This document shows, one piece after another, positions 1 through 13,916 of a stretch of 64,000 bases of DNA; the stretch's first letter is position 1, and the number at the start of each line of letters is the position of its first letter. The stretch comes from Tubiluchus corallicola. Lineage: Eukaryota; Animalia; Priapulida. Both the position numbers and the translations under genes were made by a program. The stretch covers positions 126,883 through 190,882 of the forward strand of contig JAQGDQ010000450.1 of NCBI GenBank assembly GCA_030141605.1, given 5' to 3'. A model generated the notes under the pieces. The model searched no databases. It saw nothing but the letters and a program-made list of their open reading frames with translations, and was not told where the DNA came from.

Positions 1-2
1 AC

Positions 3-281
3 GGCGGGTTCAGACTAGCGAGTTTTATAACTACGTAATTCGCAAGCATGTTCAGACTAGAGACTCTTCGACAGTAAGCTCGAGCTGATACTTCCTTCTC
101 TATTCTCTGCGAGATGTGTGGAGAGTAACTCGCCGAGGCGTCCACACTAGACAGTCACTTGCAGGGAATCAATTCGCGAGTTAGCAATAACTTACCGACA
201 GTAACTCGCAAAGCAGTTCACACTTGTGAGTTTGCAGCAAGGAGAAAACTCGCGATAGAAAATTTGCCAGTCTGAATGAAG
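3..281. mobile_element. PIF/Harbinger-like MITE, family A copy 1 (inverted relative to copies 2 and 3)
   Basis: Ends GGCGGGTTCAGACTAGCGAGTTTT ... AAAATTTGCCAGTCTGAA are inverted repeats; 133-277 matches the reverse complement of ~32540-32700. Superfamily inferred from the TIR motif only. Confidence 0.7.
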
Positions 282-2339
282 CTTTGTAGTCGCGAACCTG
301 TTAAAATCACAGTAAAGATAAAAGAATTAATTTGTATACCTGCGTCTAAAAGACAAAAAAAAAGATTTATTTAACAGACAACATTAGCACTAACGGCTAT
401 TTAGCGACGTACAATAATACAGGTAAGGACCCAACACACAAACAACGAATAACATGTAGGATATTCACCCTGGCGTTGGCAGTCGCTATCTACTGCGTGG
501 TTGCAGTCCGAAAATCTAAACCACTCGGTCACCCAACCCTAAATAACAGACTGCAAGGTGTAACTGAAATTTATAAAAATGGATATAAATGTATGTAAAA
601 GTCTACCTATTATGACTGTACTCCAGCGATCCGACAAGCTGTAGGCACTAAGTGCATCACTAACTAATGACCAGGCTCAAAATAAGGCTGTTAGCTTAGA
701 TCAGAAGTATAATTAGTGTTATGTTTCCAGCTGTTGCCAGAATCACATGTGTGAAACTCATCACTAGGCTTAATTAATTATAATAAAACGCAAGCTGTTA
801 CTAAACCTCATTTGTGCAAATTATGACGTTCATACATGCTGTAATTTTAGTTTAGTTGGAATTAAAGCTGTCGCTTGCGTAATAAATGAATAATGTTGCC
901 AATTTCATAGGAAACGTTGTGCGTATCCATACATACGTAGGCTTTGTTTCATGTTATGCAATAGAAAAATTTAACTATCTGGAATAACTAGGTGTAGTTT
1001 TGCAAGCGTTTTAGCCTAGGATCGGTTCCTACTTTTTTAATGTGAATTCACTCAGTTATTGGTAGCGTGTTGCGTACTCTCCGTCAAGGCCACACCCTGG
1101 TCAACGAAGGGAACTCGTAGATCAACAACTCCTACCATGACAAAGAAACCATGCAGACTCACATATTGTAATGGAAGTGCGGGCTTTTGAAATGTAGGTG
1201 CAGACTGTCAAAAGGTCCCAAGGTCAGGTAGTACAAAGGCCATACGTAATCGCAGCTGTGTATCAAGCCAGGGCTTCTAATTTAAATTCATTAATCGTTG
1301 AAAGTATAAGTAAACAAAACAAGCCAATAAAAATCCATAAAATTTGCTTATGTAAGGAGAATTTCTTCTGCTTGTTTTGCGTATGTCACGTGATTGTCTG
1401 CACGTGTATTAAGCACACCTGGTGATGGAACACTGCACTTTTTAAACAGGTAACAGGTTAAACAGGTTGAAATGCGAAACTCCTACATTACAGAACATCA
1501 AAACTCACGTCTTACGCAATAAACAGCTGACAAAATTATTAATAATACTGCAAAAGTTTTAACAATCAATCCTAGCTACGTCCAAATAATGAAAAATAAA
1601 AAGATAAACAAATGATGTTTTAGAGTTGTTTTTCTTACTAAATCAACGTAGTTTAACATTTCGATGCATATTTGTAAAAAAGGCAGTTAAGTGTTAGTTT
1701 CCTGCACCTTTACTCGTTTACGGTGTCAATGCTCTTCCAATTAGCTTTGAGTAACAAGAACTGTGTTCTAAAATTTGTGGAACTTTTCCGCAATATAAAA
1801 TACGACTTTGTGGAACTTTTTCAAGGCAAAAGTAATTTTCCACAACCTGCTTACATCATGCAAACTAAACCTTGCCCTTCGGAATAACCTAATACTTAAG
1901 CGATGATAAGAAATCTTTCACACTAGAAATGTTCATTTCTTTCTTGCTGTTATTGCGAGACGGTCAGACATCGCAGGTTTACCATCTTGACCAGGTAAGT
2001 TCCATTAGCTACTCTTATCCTTATAGTCGCTAATCCATTTTCTGTTAGCAACAAGAAGTGAAAGATTTGTCTTTTTAAACTGCAATGTTTTCTTATAGCA
2101 ATGCAGTTTTATTATTCATCATTTTTTTTTAATTTTTAAATTTAATTTTCGAGATTATGCGTAAGCATTTAACAATAACAATTGTCTTGGAGTCTTCTTT
2201 GAAATTAGCTGCATTGCAGCAATACAAGAAAAAAGATTAAACCGAAGAACAAATAGTCTCTCTATCTTATTAACAAAAGAAATGTCAGCTAAAACAGCAG
2301 TGTATACTAATGATCTGTTTCAGTGTAAAATCAGCTAAT

Positions 2340-3000
2340 CCATTTTCAGATAGATTTTCAGAAATGTCCAACTCAAACTTTCAGACTTGTCCAATTGAAG
2401 TTATGAATATTGTCAGATTGTCAAAATCAATTGCAGGAATTTCCATCGAATTTCAGTTTCGTCCAAATGAATTTCAGACTAAGCCGCCTGTATTAGGTAA
2501 CACAATGTTTTATTAAAGAATACAAAAGAAGAATTGTTTTAATCACTGTAAACTTTATATAATTGTTTCTTTCAAATTGTCATTAGCTTTTGCAATATCA
2601 AATTTCATTATAGCCCTAGTAGCTGTTGGTTGTCAAAATATTAAAATGTTTTGTTGAAAAGCTTTTGGACTGAAGGGAAAAAGAACTTTGCGTGCATAAC
2701 ACCAAAAAATGAATAAGTGTTAAATTGCATTAGGTCTACCGGTAATTATTTTTGAACAAAATTTTTTTAACGTTTGTTGACGGTGTTCTTTCATTCGTTC
2801 GTTCATCGTTCGTTCGTCCGTCAGTTCGTTGGTCGTTTGTTAGTTCTTCCAATTGTAATACAGATGAAAATACAAATATAAAATACAATTTAACACAAAT
2901 TAAAAATAACTTGGACAAATCTGAAATTCATTTTGAGAATGCCTGAAAATGAGATGGACAATCTGAAATTGACTTGGACTTTTCTGAAATAGATGGAAAT
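2340..3000. mobile_element. Degenerate foldback-like element with inverted subrepeat arrays
   Basis: Left array TTTCAGA..TGTCCAA (2345-2480) and right array TTGGACAAATCTGAAATT (2911-2990) are reverse complements; GTTC microsatellite in the middle. Confidence 0.5.
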
Positions 3001-4174
3001 AATATAGAACTAAGAAAAATGATTCTGTTTTTTCGTGTCTGGTAAATAAATGTAAAATATCTAAAGTTGGTATTTTTCGTTTTTTTTGAGTGAAATGCTG
3101 ATTCAGTTGACTAGCTTTTATTTTGTATTTTTTTAATAAATCTACAATAGCAAGAACACGTTTGTAAATAATTACATCGATAAAATCAGTAACAGTACAG
3201 TCTCAAAGGGACTTGAAAAGGTATAAGTGAGGCGAGGAGCACTAAGCCATCTGAGAATATCACATGAATGAAAGAAAGCCGGTGTTCATTTTTATCAGGC
3301 ACATAAAGTCGGTTTTGTAAAATTAAAGTGTGAAGAAGTAGGCACTTTAAAAGTGTTGTATGTAATTTCTACCAAAATTATTACTTATCAATCAGGCGAT
3401 ACGCGCTCAAGCTTATTAGCAGAGGAGACAAATTGCGTTTTAACTTCAACTTCTCTTTTACGTGCAGCGGATGAAATTAGTTAGTAGACATCTGATTGCG
3501 AGTGAGTGTGAACATGGTAAAAACTTTTAGTGATTGATTACAACTATTATGCGTTATTAATGATACTGAAAACCAGGAAAAAACTCAAAAGAAATTTCAC
3601 GGAATGTGTTACTAAAAATTCTGTTTTGACAAGAAAATTAATATACAGTATAATTTTCAATAACAGATGGCACCACTAGCCTGATTCTTAACAGAGCGTT
3701 AGAAAGTAATACATCAGCGTATGCTTTAGAGCGAAACTTCTAAAAGACTCCTCTACAATTTCTGAAATTCAGTGTAAAATCATATGACTAAGCCTGGAAA
3801 TATGGAAACAATGCCATTCCCTTATAGCTAAGAAGAAAGGTGGTGGAATGTGTGCCTTTAAGATGTGTGTTTTCTGCATTTCACATTTTTACTGAGTATT
3901 TTACACAACAAAATGAATAACAAGTTCGACAAGCTCAAAATTATTAAGGAAAAGCGTCCAGCAGGATTACTGCATTCACAACAAAAACATTTAAATAATA
4001 AAAGTAATAATAAAAAAGGAAAGGTGATTAAAACTGTTATTAATCTATTCTATGGCGTAACAATATTAGCCACGCAGACACAATACTGCCACTGACGTGC
4101 ATTATCTTAACTCTAAAATAACATAAAAGGTTAGAAATTACATTATTAAACAATGCACACGCGTGCGTATATCG

Positions 4175-6035
4175 GAAAGTTTGGTACAAGTAACTTTGGT
4201 ACGCGGTAATTTTGGTACAGGAAAATTTGGTACTATCATCTCAAGGTACAAGGTACGGGGAATGTTTGGTAGTAGGAAACTATGGTACCAAGATTGTTTA
4301 GTTCTAAGAAATATTGATACGAGGAAGTTTTGGTACTAGGAAAATATGGTACCAGGATTTGTTAGTACTAAGAAATATTGATACGAGGAAGTTTTGGTAC
4401 TAGGAAAATATAGTACGAGGAAAATTTGATACTAGGAAAGTTTGGTACTGGAAAATTTGGTACTAAACAAAAAGAAAGCATTTCTATATCTCAGTATAAA
4501 ACAATTGTTTCAACGAGAAAATAAAGAAGTTTATTTAGTATGGAGGAAATCTGGTATTAGGAAAGTATGGTTTATTAAAATGTTCCTAATACATTATACT
4601 GTAATTAATAGTTACTGGCAACTAAAATTTCATCCGTGGTTATCTTATCCATGTATTTACATTTCAGAATTCTTTGCATAATATTTTCTATTACACAATG
4701 CCAGAATTTCTCAAATTTTTCTATTACATCACCCCTTTCAGTAGTACCAAGCCTACCATAGCCACCAACTTTGTAAGTCTTTTGAAAACGTGCTAATTTT
4801 TAGCAGATACTTTACTTCAAAATTTAAAAGATTAATCACAACAGAAAAAGTAACAACAAAAAATGTTTATTATTGTTTATGAATGTGTATCAATGTTTCT
4901 TAACAAGGATTGATTTAGCTTTAATGATAAGGATGTATTTGCTTTTTTGATACAAACTCCATGACCCCCAGAAAAAGACTCATGACCATTTTGGGGGTCA
5001 TGACCCACAGTTTGAGAACGCATGCACAATACTATCTCATATTTTATGGGGCATGGCTAGTTATAAGTAATAGAAAGTTTTGCCAAATTTGAAAAGTGAG
5101 TACTATTTATTCCCATTAGCAATAATAAAAGCATTTTGCATAAATTGAGTACTGAATTTAAATCATTGGAATTATCAAGAGCACAGCAATTGTGGCACAT
5201 AGTGTAGTGCCAGTAGTAACTACTGTGTGCAGTAGTAATCACTGTCAGTCTCGCTTTTGCTACAATTGTCATTATCATTGTCACTGTCAAGATCATCATC
5301 AATGTCTTACATGTCATCGTTATCACTGTCATCATCGTCATCATTATTATCATCATCACTATTGTGATCGTTGTCATCATCAATATTATTGTCATCGCTA
5401 TCACTGTAATCATCCATTGGTATTTATAGGCACAACAACAAGAACAGTAACAGTTGAAATGGTGATGGTGATAATAATTATGATGTTCACTGCTAACAAT
5501 TTTAACAGCAGCAGCAGCAACGGCAACAAAATGACGAACGTAACGATGACAGTAATAATGATGATGATGGTGGTGGTAGTAGTAGTAATCACAATAAAAG
5601 AGCAAGCAAGAAACAAACAAACAACAACAATGACAAATAAACAACAGGCATACAAACAAAGGGGATGCGAAAAAAACAAATAGAAGCAAATGCAATAACA
5701 TGAGCCTCTATAACTTGTTTGAGTAGCTTATATAAAATATATTTTCCTAGTGCCAAACTTTCCGAGTACGAATCTTTCCTAGTGCCAAACTTGTTCCGTA
5801 CCATTTTTACCTTGTACCATATTTATTTATGCCAAAGATACCTGACAAAACTTCGTTAGTACCATATTTACCAGTATCATATTTATTCTGTGCCAAATTT
5901 TCCCAGTACCAAAATTACCGCGTACCAAAAATTCCTAGTACCAAATTTTCCCGGTACCAAAATTTCCTCGTACCAAAATTGCCAGTACCAAACTTAGCTG
6001 TACCAAACTTACTAGTACCAAAGTTACCGCGCACC
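4175..6035. mobile_element. Foldback-type element with long inverted arrays of ~15-bp subrepeats
   Basis: Left array (GGAAAATTTGGTACT/A)n at 4175-4465 and right array (GTACCAAATTTTCC)n at 5740-6035. GGTACGCGGTAATTTTGGTAC is mirrored by GTACCAAAATTACCGCGTACC. Encloses cryptic CAT/GAT repeats. Confidence 0.7.
4740..5025. mobile_element. hAT-like MITE remnant nested in the foldback element
   Basis: Right end GGGGTCATGACCCACAGTTTGAGAACGCATG resembles hAT/Charlie termini; the left CAGTAGT boundary is approximate. Confidence 0.4.
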
Positions 6036-8596
6036 ATACCATGCATACTATAATCCGTCATTCATGACAAAAATACAGATTGGAAAGATTTTAAAAAGGC
6101 TGTTCAGGAGTATCACTCACGAGAATTGCAAGAACTGGAATTATATGTAAGTATTGGAGTATTGGACTATAGACACGATATTAGACCATAGATGAATTAG
6201 AAAAAAAATATTAGAAGATTACTCCCTTATGGCGTAGCCAATGCTTCGTTTGGGTAAAAAGCGAAATACTTGTAGTTCAGCTGTGAAATCGTCTTCCATC
6301 ATCAACCATCGGTGATTCATGAGTTGACAATTACAAAGGACATTTGAGAGAGGACCGCTCACATATAGTTACCGCCTAGGTAACATATAGTTACCTACAT
6401 ATAGTTACCTTATTTCTCTGAATAAGATATTCTTGGATAGGGCATTTATATTTCTGTGCTCAATGCAGAAGAGAAGAAAAACAAGTACCAAATTTTTAAA
6501 ACTATCAAATGCTGCAGTACAGATCTTGCTGTAGGGAAACGGGGTACTTTCCCCTCCACAATAACTTGGAAATTTGAAACTCATCTTGACAAGAAACTAA
6601 ACGCTTTCTAAACGTAATTTTACAGCTGCATCGCGCAATTTCTCGTGATTAATTTTTATCCACATTTCCAAACTCTAAAGTCATCGCAAAAATTGGGCAG
6701 TAATAATCATTCTACCATAAGTAAACTGTAAATTGAAAATGTTTAATGACCTAGATAGACAGATAGATAAATTTATAGACTGATATACAATCATGGAGAT
6801 GGTCACAGCAAAATCAGTCCATAGAAATAACATTCGAAGTGTATAAAAATTATTTTCCACAAAATTTCACTTACGAACCGTTACAACTGGTTGTTGCATT
6901 CAGTTTTATAAATCATTACTTTATATGCTTTATATAATTATAATAATTATAATACGTTATATCATAATATAACTCAAACACTATTAGCATACATATTTAA
7001 AGCCTCTGTTACAAATTCACACACCAAATTTGCCTTTGATTTTAAAGAATGACCGTAAATTTGAGAAATCTACATTATTATAGACAATTCTCAAATTACG
7101 AGTATGTGTGCATTCAGATATAACACGATGCTCTGTCTGTACCAGCCCACACAACCTCAGTAAATGTGCTCACCGGCCAGTTTCTATTGCAAGCCCGTGA
7201 GCAGATAAGAAAACTCCACCCTTTGGGATTCGGGTGAGTTAGAAGTATATACGACCGATACCGATAAATCTGACTTTAACTCGCGATATGTTTTAAACTT
7301 TGACTTCTGATTGTCGAACTCGGTGTTTTTAGCTGTTTAGATCGTCTTCCAGAATATCGCCTTTCGATCCTCACATACGTATCTAGCATATGGTGTACTT
7401 GAAGCCAAACGCAGATTATATGCAAAAATGAGGGAGTCACCAACCTGCTCGATCTGAAAGAATGCGGCTAAAATACCGGTACTGCGCATTCCTAATAAAT
7501 CCGTTGTCAGCGGGAAGGCCGAATTCTGCCAAACAGAGATCATGTGCTGTCATAGTTCTGACACCAAGTAAAGTTCTTACTGCAGTCATATCAGCAGAGT
7601 GAACAGGCTCAAGTTATTTGTAAGCCATGATTCTCAACTGTAAACAACGGCTGACAACATCGCAAACTCCAATACTTAGGCAGTCACTATTCTTGTAAAC
7701 GAACGAAACAAAATTTAGTACTTGGCAGAATTTTTCTTCGCAGCGTTTAGACAAAGAAAGAACCATCTTCCTGCAAGTTGAAAGCTACTCTCCTAAATAA
7801 CATTAGAAGTCACAGTGTTTAACAACTAAGCTATGACTGACTAAATTCGCATTATTATTTGCATTTCCATTTAAAACCATAAATTTTGTTTTTTCTCATT
7901 AATCTGCATCCCTGACCTGCTGCAAAATTCTTGCAAAATGTCCAACTTTTTCAGCCTAGATTCTATCATCCATAATACTAGTGTCCATGAACAGTAAGCT
8001 GTGTAGCTGACCCAAAAAGCCTTCCTCGTCAAACTTTGCTTTCAAATCACGAATAAGTGGATTTATGTAGATTTTAGTTTTTTTTAATTTATGAGTTTAT
8101 TTCAGCTAAAAGCCATATACAAATATATACACACTTACAATAAAATTGAAACTATAGCACGCAATTTCAAAAATCTGTAACTTAAAATCACATAAAATTA
8201 AATATTAGGGTACACAAAGTAAAAGTTATCCTATACGCAGAGGTTATATAATTGAACCTGATAAAAGTGCCTGCGACCAGAGCCACACAAAGTTTGAGTT
8301 ATGTCGTATGTCAGATACATTAATGAAACCATTAATAATGTAATTAACGGTTAATAATAGTAAAAATTTCCCGGACAGGAGACGAACAATTTTGACAATT
8401 TTGACCTTGAACAATTCGATCAGTAACCAGCTATGTGATGAGTTCACATTGGTTATTGTAACCTGGGTTTTAGGGACTTTGTACGAACTTTGTCATCTCT
8501 ATAAAGTTTTAATTTGATGCTACTTAAATAGATAATACTACAGTATATTACTCTTACTATATTTTATCTGTTTTCGTGTTTAGTACAGAAGACACA

Positions 8597-8719
8597 ATGA
8601 CTGACAAACAAAAGGAGTACGAAGAAATCAGTAGCTGGTCAATAAACGAGTTGAACAACCGCAAAGATGTAAAGGAAATCAACGAATTGTATCAGATTTG
8701 GGCAAAAGATTACGACAGG
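8597..8719 (+). CDS. METTL27: METTL27/WBSCR27-like SAM methyltransferase, coding exon 1
   Basis: Acceptor tttag at 8583, ATG 8597, ...ELYQIWAKDYDR (Y..WA..YD motif), donor GTGAGT, phase 0. Confidence 0.85.
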
Positions 8720-9179
8720 GTGAGTTTGGAGATCTCTCTCTTGAGCATCAGTAGGACGAAGCATTTGGTGAGAAATTTCCAAGCAAAATTGATGCATTAA
8801 AAAGCTTTGAATTTTCGCCAAAGCACCTTGAGAATTCTGGCTGTGAAAGAGTAACGTAGGTCAGCGAAAAATAAAACGTATAATTTTTTTTAGAATTTTT
8901 GGCAACTAAATGGATTACTTTTTCAGTAAAGTCGTGTGTCTATACTCGGTACTTTGTCACGATTTTGACAGACGTTTGACAGTGCAAATGTTGTTATTAC
9001 AACTAAAAACTTTCGAGCTAATTGCATGTTTGATATTCCTTCTAGTATTTGTTTCATACGATCTTTTCGTCTCAAATACTCATAACTCTTTTGATGTTAT
9101 CGTTTTATGATGTTATCATTTTATGTCATTTTTCTACCATTCCTGAGATACCACGAGAACAAAAGTTCTAAAAACTTTG

Positions 9180-9310
9180 CCTACAGTATAATATAAAGTG
9201 ACATCTTTGTTTCTATTTCTAAGCGTGTGTTCACTGATTCGATTGCGTAGTTGGCTTGTAGTCTGACCTACATGCTGATTGTGACATCCAGGAGATTTAA
9301 AACTATGTAG
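9180..9310 (-). mobile_element. Penelope-like GIY-YIG endonuclease fragment
   Basis: CHNQHVGQTTSQLRNRISEH matches the C...YVGQT.R.L..RI.EH pattern; lies in intron 1. Confidence 0.65.
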
Positions 9311-9907
9311 GTACTGCATGTGCAACATTCAAAATGGCTGAGAGTATGATTTTGACTATGCTGTGTAAAATTTTCACAGTGTAGTTTAAATGAAGCTTCA
9401 CGTCTAAAACGAAATACGCTGAAAATGATTATTCCTAAACAACTTTCCAAGATATCTGCTACAAACGCAAGTAAAACTGCTACTGAACTTAAAATGCTGA
9501 TTGTAATTGGTATTCAAGCCTTAGATCATTCAGTTAGACCTCTTAAAATTGACATCAAATATTATTTGCTTAATTTTTAGAATTACCAAGATAAAACTAA
9601 TTTCTTAGTACAAAGGATATGTACAGATCTTTATGTTTCGAAAAACATATCTTGGCCATTTTAGTGTGGCCTATGTAGTATATAATATTAAATGTCATAG
9701 ATGTGAAGATGTCATAGATGTAGTCTGACCAATCTATAGGTCAGACTATGACGCAGCTAGGTAATCGAATTAGTGAACACGAACTTAGTATTAGTCAGTT
9801 ATCTTGAACATGCATTCCTCGTTTCTATCTTAAAAATGACTAGTATAATATATAAAATCTTACCTACCTTGCAACTTAACTAACATGTTTTCGTAATTTT
9901 AATGAAG

Positions 9908-10033
9908 CACATGGTAATAATAGATTGGAAAGCACCAAGAATCGCAGCGGACTGTCTGGGACAACTTCTTTCAAACAAAAAGGATGCGAGAATTCTGGAT
10001 ATCGCTGCAGGGACAGGACTGGTAGCAAAGCAT
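9908..10033 (+). CDS. METTL27: METTL27-like exon 2 (SAM-binding motif I)
   Basis: aag|HMVIIDWKAPRIAADCL...RILDIAAGTGLVAKH|gtaaga, phase 0. Confidence 0.9.
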
Positions 10034-10553
10034 GTAAGACATGATGATCTGTTACCTAAACATTTTAGTTTATTTTTCTATTTTTTCGTTTTAAGATTAG
10101 GTCAGTTTGGTTCTTCAGAACGTGAAAAGTGAGATATTTAAGTACAGAGCCTTTCGCCAGCCTCTACATGTTGGTTAATTTTACAAAAATATAAATCATT
10201 TTCACGATTTTAATGCGTTAAACCACACATTAAAATTGCAAAAGAATTTATATTTTTGTAAAATGTAAGTTTGTAGATTTAGTGACTGAATATGTAACGG
10301 TTTTCTTTATTTATTATTCGTTCGTTCTTTCGTTCATTTGTGTTTTTGTTCGTTTGTTCCTTCGTCTGTCCGTTCGTCCTTTCTTCCGTTCGCTTGTTAA
10401 TTCGTTAATTCGTTCACTCGTTCATTCTTATTTTTATTCAATCATTTGCTTATCCGTTTATTTATTCACTCATCGTGTTCTCAGTTATTTATTTATTTAT
10501 TTTAATTTTATTTTTCTGTTTGCAATAGTATTTGTTTATTTTTTGTGTTAAAG

Positions 10554-10692
10554 TTACGTGAGCACGGCTTCACTAACATAGACGCACTTGACGGGTCTCA
10601 AGCAATGTTAGACAAAGCGAAGCAAAAGAGCCTTTACAAGAACTATATGTGCAGACTGTTTGGACCAGAGGGACTACCTGATATTGCAACAG
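10554..10692 (+). CDS. METTL27: METTL27-like exon 3
   Basis: aag|LREHGFTNIDALDGSQAMLDKAKQKSLY...DIAT-G|gtaagg, phase 1. Confidence 0.9.
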
Positions 10693-11046
10693 GTAAGGGT
10701 GTGATAATGCACGGAAACAGTCGTCCGTACATGTTTGTGTGTTTGTTCATCTGCGGCATGTCTCAAAAACGGATTAATTATAACAAAATTTGACGATAGA
10801 GTTGTACTTGACAGATGCTTGCGTTTCTGAAATCGAAAGATCGGGGTTCTTTCTGTGAGTCTAACGTTTAGCACAGTAGGCATTTTGCAATTTCTCGCTG
10901 TGCGTATTTTACAACTTTCTGTTAATTTTTTTCCTGCCTCTTTGTCCAGGTACAACTAGTCTATGAACACTGGAACTATGTTGCAGTAAAAAGACAAAGT
11001 CCTATTTGTCAAATACGGAAACCATACATAGGCAAATTTTGATTAG

Positions 11047-11389
11047 TGGTCTAGATTACAGGTCGTCTAACTCTGAACGATAATCCACGAATAAAGTACT
11101 TCAAGCGATTTCGCTTTTGCCTTTCGCGTTTAGTCATTTAGCTCAAACATTCAGACAGTTCAGATATGGCACTTTGATCTTTGAATCTTCATGTCTACGG
11201 AGATGTAAATTGCCGCATTGCATCGTCTAAGCAACAATCTAAGATCAGAGCCCTTCGTACGAGCTTCCCACTTCTCACCTTTCAAGTTTATTTACGCTAG
11301 TTTTGAAAAAATCAGCCCTGTATTGATGATCCGCTGACGGTAGCAAAAAATTACTTCGCACCTTAGACTTTGAATCTTCGTCTAGACCA
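11047..11389. mobile_element. Possible short-TIR MITE
   Basis: TGGTCTAGAT ... GTCTAGACCA termini. Confidence 0.35.
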
Positions 11390-12556
11390 GACGCTTCGAT
11401 GATTTGACGGCTGTGTAAATATATTTTCAAACTTTGTAAACTATGTCAATTTTTCAAACAGGTCAACATCGAAAGAATAATCTAGTTTTCAGTTCTTGGC
11501 TAGAATTAGAAAAAAACTTCTAGTAGTACTTTTTGTCTCAAGATACTCATTGGAAGTAAAGCAACTATCAAGTACACAGCAGAATGATTAGGTCGTCTCA
11601 GCCTTTACTATCATACGTTTCGCAAGGAATTATGGTAAATTGGGCTTGTGTTGTATACGGGCTAATGTCCATAAATGAACTCCAGACTTCACTAAAAATG
11701 ACGAAATTGTATATATTGTTAATAAAGGAGTCGAAAAGCAGTTTTTTTGTTACTTTTTTATTTTTAGTGAAACCTGAATTTCATTGTCCGACATTGGCCT
11801 GTAAACAACATTAACCACTTTACCCCTAACACTCATTACTAAATGAAAGAAATTAACTCTTTCTCTTTCTTATAGCTGCAGCACTTTGTTTGACACTTTG
11901 CAAATCGACATTTAGCACTTAATGACAGAACAAAATACTAATATTGAACTGTCGTGGCAAGACCGGAATCTATCTTGTTATAGAAGATAATTGCTTGAAA
12001 AGAAAGACAGAACTGGGAGACTTTGAGGGAACCATCTTCAGTTAATAAGCCGACCCAGTATTGTTAATTTCGCTGGGCAGCACACATCGCGACCGCTCAG
12101 CTACTCCAATTACCAAATAGTTTTCGAAACAAAAATTCAGTTTGGCAGAAATCTTTCGATTGTTTCTTCGTTTTAAACTAGTCGCGTCCCACGTTTTTTT
12201 GTATTTGTTCATAAACATGACAGAGGAATTTATTTGCTACATTGTTTCTTCATAGACTGTACTTTTATCAGGATGGCTAGTAAGCCGGCCAAAAGATGTT
12301 TATTTGGTACGTTTTGGCTGGCTACACAGCCGTATTTTAGCAAGTATAGTCTAGACTGTAAGAATAAATTTCTCTGTCAAGTTCACAATGGCGATGGTTC
12401 TTCTGGTTGTGATTAGAATCACTAGTCCTTAAGCCAACTTAACAAGAGTTCACTCTATACGCGGTGTAATATATTTCATATTATAAAAACGCCACTTGTG
12501 TTCATTTTTATTTATAGTTGTATTTTGTCGCTGCATTTTAAATGTTATTCTTACAG

Positions 12557-12649
12557 ATTCCTACGATGGCATTACCTTGTCAGGTGGAACTGGAGCTAAC
12601 CACACACCTGCTGATGGCATAGTGGAGATGATTAGGATAGTGAAGCCAG
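12557..12649 (+). CDS. METTL27: METTL27-like exon 4
   Basis: ttacag|(D)SYDGITLSGG...EMIRIVKP-G|gtaaac, phase 1 at both ends. Confidence 0.9.
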
Positions 12650-13671
12650 GTAAACAAATGTATAACTACCAGTTTTTGCCAACTTTTGTCTTTTTTGGCA
12701 TTTACTTGCTTTAAAGGTGGAAAACTGGTGGCAGCATTTACGTGCATTATTCTCATTGGTGGAAAACTGGTGGTAGCATTTACATGCAGTATTCTCATTG
12801 GTGAAAAACAATAAAATACAAATGTAATTGTTGATGATAAGAATATTGACAATTAATAAGAAAATTCCACAGTTCAGGAACAAGGAAAAAACACGCCATT
12901 TCAAACTCCTATACTTTATCATCAAGTGAAAGAAAAAGAATAAAAGATGTAACAGGTCACGTGAAATTACTAATACTACTATAATTATAATGCGAACTCC
13001 AACCTACTGTTAAAAAGAGATCAGATGTAGTTTGAAGTTTTGAACTTCTATTATTATCACATTCAGTACTATACTGACATTCAATACAATGACGGCAAAC
13101 TATCAAAATTTTTACTTCATACGGTAACATTATGTTTCGTACACAAACGTTACCATAAAAGAATAATTGTACTGCAGTAAGCTAGAAAAGCAAAGGCTTG
13201 TATAAGCCCACTGTCATGTGAACCAGATAAAAAAAGAATTGATATGTGAATAGGGAGAAAAGTTAGATCACACAGGTCCGGAAGAAGGACGTGTTAGCGG
13301 AAGTACAGTAGTAGGAAAAAAGATAGTAAGTTGTGCGATGTATGCGTCAGCTATTTACATCAGATGATAGTTCTTGCTTTTAAACCCAAATTTTCTTGGT
13401 CTCCAGTGGAGGTATTAATATATACTAAAATGCATTTGAGTAAAGGTTTTAGTAAACTCTGAACTACCTGTTTGTACAGTTAAGCCAGGATTTTATACAA
13501 ATCTATCTCGCCTGAGAAGTTACTCGTCTTTTATTGTTGACGTAGAAGATGTTGAAATTGTACTGGCTTCTCTAGCTTCCATGCATGAATATCATTTTAA
13601 CATATTAGCACCCCACCGTCATTAAGCTTTTACATGTAATGAAAGCAGTGCTGGTGGTAGTCACATGTACC

Positions 13672-13915
13672 GTGACATTGAGAAAATCCTCATTAGTTTG
13701 AAAGTGCCGCCCAATAAAAATTTTCTAGACGCACTGTTACGTATGAAATTAAAGGACAGGGCGGAGACAGCCTTCTATATATGATAGCAGACATCTATCT
13801 TTATAGTAGCTTGTCCGCCCTCTGTCATTTTAGTTTCATACATAATAGTGTTTCTAGCTGCTTTTATTGGTTGAACTCTTCGTCACCCCGGTGGATTAGA
13901 TTTCGACAATGTCAC
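13672..13915. mobile_element. Palindromic MITE
   Basis: Nested inverted arms GTGACATTG/CAATGTCAC, CCAATAAAA/TTTTATTGG, GTATGAAA/TTTCATAC and AGGGCGGA/TCCGCCCT. Confidence 0.6.
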
Positions 13916-13916
13916 C

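Noticed and set aside
5057-5701. 214-aa and 163-aa His/Cys-rich ORFs
   Set aside because: Produced by degenerate trinucleotide repeats that are open in several frames inside a foldback element.
7337-7560. GC-richer stretch with an FPLT motif suggesting a pogo/CENP-B transposase
   Set aside because: Too short and degenerate to support a call.
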